This document shows positions 62,350 through 64,000 of a stretch of DNA of 64,000 nucleotides, piece after piece; position 1 is the first letter of the stretch; each line of letters opens with the position of its first letter. Both the position numbers and the translations under genes were made by a program. The stretch is from the NCBI RefSeq assembly GCF_006345805.1, contig NC_043005.1, positions 40,176,001-40,240,000 on the forward strand. The letters run 5' to 3'. Source of the stretch: Octopus sinensis. Lineage: Eukaryota. Under the pieces are notes generated by a model. That model searched no databases and had not been told where the DNA came from. It worked only from the letters and a program-made list of their open reading frames with translations.

Positions 62350-63934
62350 CCGGTGACCTTGGTGCAGGCGGTACAGGGGAACACTTGGTACTAAGGCGGT
62401 ATATCCAGGTTGTCGGTGGCCAGTGGCTTGAAATTTATTAGAAAAGCATACTTCTAGTGACAGAAATAGGATAGATCGTATTTCTTGTTGATACTGCGGG
62501 TTGATGGAGGATGTGTAGTTTTTCGCGGAAGCAGAGCTGGAAATTGGGGTTGCCAGGTAAATATGGTGGAGCCATGTCGACGATAGTCTACCTGATGCTG
62601 GGTGTTTCCTCTCGGAGGTCGTGAAGTCTCCAGAGAAAGCACGACAGGGCAGTAGACTTTTCTCTATCCCTGGATCTGAGTGAATGCATGTGTTAGGAGT
62701 ATCTTCCCTTGAAGTCATTGGCTGTCATACCCGTATAGTGCCTAGTGATACCATCGGATGGTGTGAGGGTGGCCTTGGGCAGGATCCTCCTAAGAGAAGG
62801 TGGTGGGGTTTCGGAAGTTGCCGGTTAGGGTTGGGGGTTGTGTGTGTGTCTGTTGATTGTGCGATGCTAGATGCGATGTTGTCTAAGTGGGAGTGGCTCA
62901 CCTTGACATTATGGGGGTTGAAGAGTTTGTAAGACATATGGCCTCTGGGGAATGTTTATTAATTAACGACAGGAAACCCCTAGCTACGTTGGTAGAAACT
63001 TCTAGGTTAAATAGGGGTGGGGGTTAAACCAAATAATTTTACTTTTCTTAATCCTAATTCTCTTGGGGTGAGGTGAGGGGGTTTGGAGTTCGTCCACATA
63101 CGTGAGCTTGTCAGAAAGACTGCTCCTAGCCAAAGCATTAAAAATCTCCCTGTTGGCTGAGAATGTAGATACCTGTTTGTTAATGTCTGAAAACAGGTTT
63201 CTAATTACAGCGGGGATGGGGTGGTTTGAGTTCTTGTGGATGTATATCGTTTCCTCCTTAGCCTTCCTATACGGGTAGTACTTGCCCGTGTTCAGGTATC
63301 AGGTTACATTCAAGAAATCGACCGTAGTCAGGTTGGTTGTAATTGTTATGGACAGGCCGAGCTCTTTGAATATTTTTAACAAGCCCTTCTTGAACCTGTT
63401 CATGGCGTGGCCGTTCAGCTGACTTGAGATTGCCAGACCGCCATCCCTTTAGAGGGCCGACCTAGGTGGATGGGTTTCCCTTGTTGGTATCCAAAATGTA
63501 TAACTCGACGGGGTCGGCGATTTCAGCCCCGTCAAAGTTCCCCATAGAGACATCGAGCAGTAGATCGCCTTCTTTCTCCACCCAAAAGGAATCGTCGTGG
63601 ACTTTCTGGCATTCATGATGATTCTGATGTCAAGGTCACATGCTGGTAAGTTGCTCGGCAAAAGTTAGGGCCTTCGGTGGGACGGACTTAAATATGGAAG
63701 GGTAGAAGTCAACAATGTTCAACTGGGTGAATTTGCATGCTGATTTATTCCCGATATGCGGAACCAGTCGATCACAGCTGCACTGGAGTTCCATTGAGTC
63801 AACCCTGTAGTCCTTCTGATGTCGGAGTTGATAGCATCGAGAATATGTTGCTAACGATATCTATTTCGCTTTTAAATGGATTGATCAGCTTGCATTTGGA
63901 ATTGGAGAGGAAATTAGGCTTATGGTCCATATAA

Positions 63935-63935
<1 letters not shown>
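62350..63935 (-). mobile_element. Penelope-like element, 5'-truncated at a (CA)n tract; RT plus C-terminal GIY-YIG remnant
   Basis: DHKPNF..KCKLINPFKSEI, IVDFYPSI, MGNFDGAEI, VDFLNV, NSNHP, YKLFNPHNVKVSHS and a KSTALS-type endonuclease segment. Confidence 0.9.
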
Positions 63936-63992
<57 letters not shown>

Positions 63993-64000
63993 ACACACAC

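Noticed and set aside
55075-63935. Assigning the PLEs to the permuted (N-terminal endonuclease) Naiad/Chlamys group
   Set aside because: Endonuclease-like remnants lie C-terminal to the RT (59.65-59.95 kb and 62.4-62.8 kb), which is the canonical order.

Overview
This is AT-rich, repeat-dense eukaryotic DNA. The microsatellite load and the SINE, Helitron and Penelope families point to an octopus or other cephalopod (inference). One host gene is clear: the 5' part of a mitochondrial-type carbamoyl-phosphate synthetase (CPS1/CPS III-like) on the minus strand. Twelve GT-AG coding exons between 26229 and 344 splice into an uninterrupted 452-codon frame running off the left edge. The gene has a mitochondrial presequence and an intact Cys-His-Glu glutaminase triad. 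The rest is intronic or upstream repeat: SINEs, Tc1/mariner remnants, RTE, CR1 and Tx1 LINE remnants, a Gypsy gag remnant, three decayed Penelope-like elements (PLEs), MITEs and non-autonomous Helitrons. Three structures stand out. (1) A ~4.2 kb inverted duplication (27751-31954) whose arms run exactly from one Helitron 5'-TC end to another Helitron's 3'-CTAG end. (2) A cluster of type I hammerhead ribozyme motifs at ~50.2-60.3 kb, two of them nearly canonical. (3) A very young, non-coding 2.7 kb LTR element (55379-58087) with a tRNA-Trp primer site and 4-bp target duplication, nested in a PLE.
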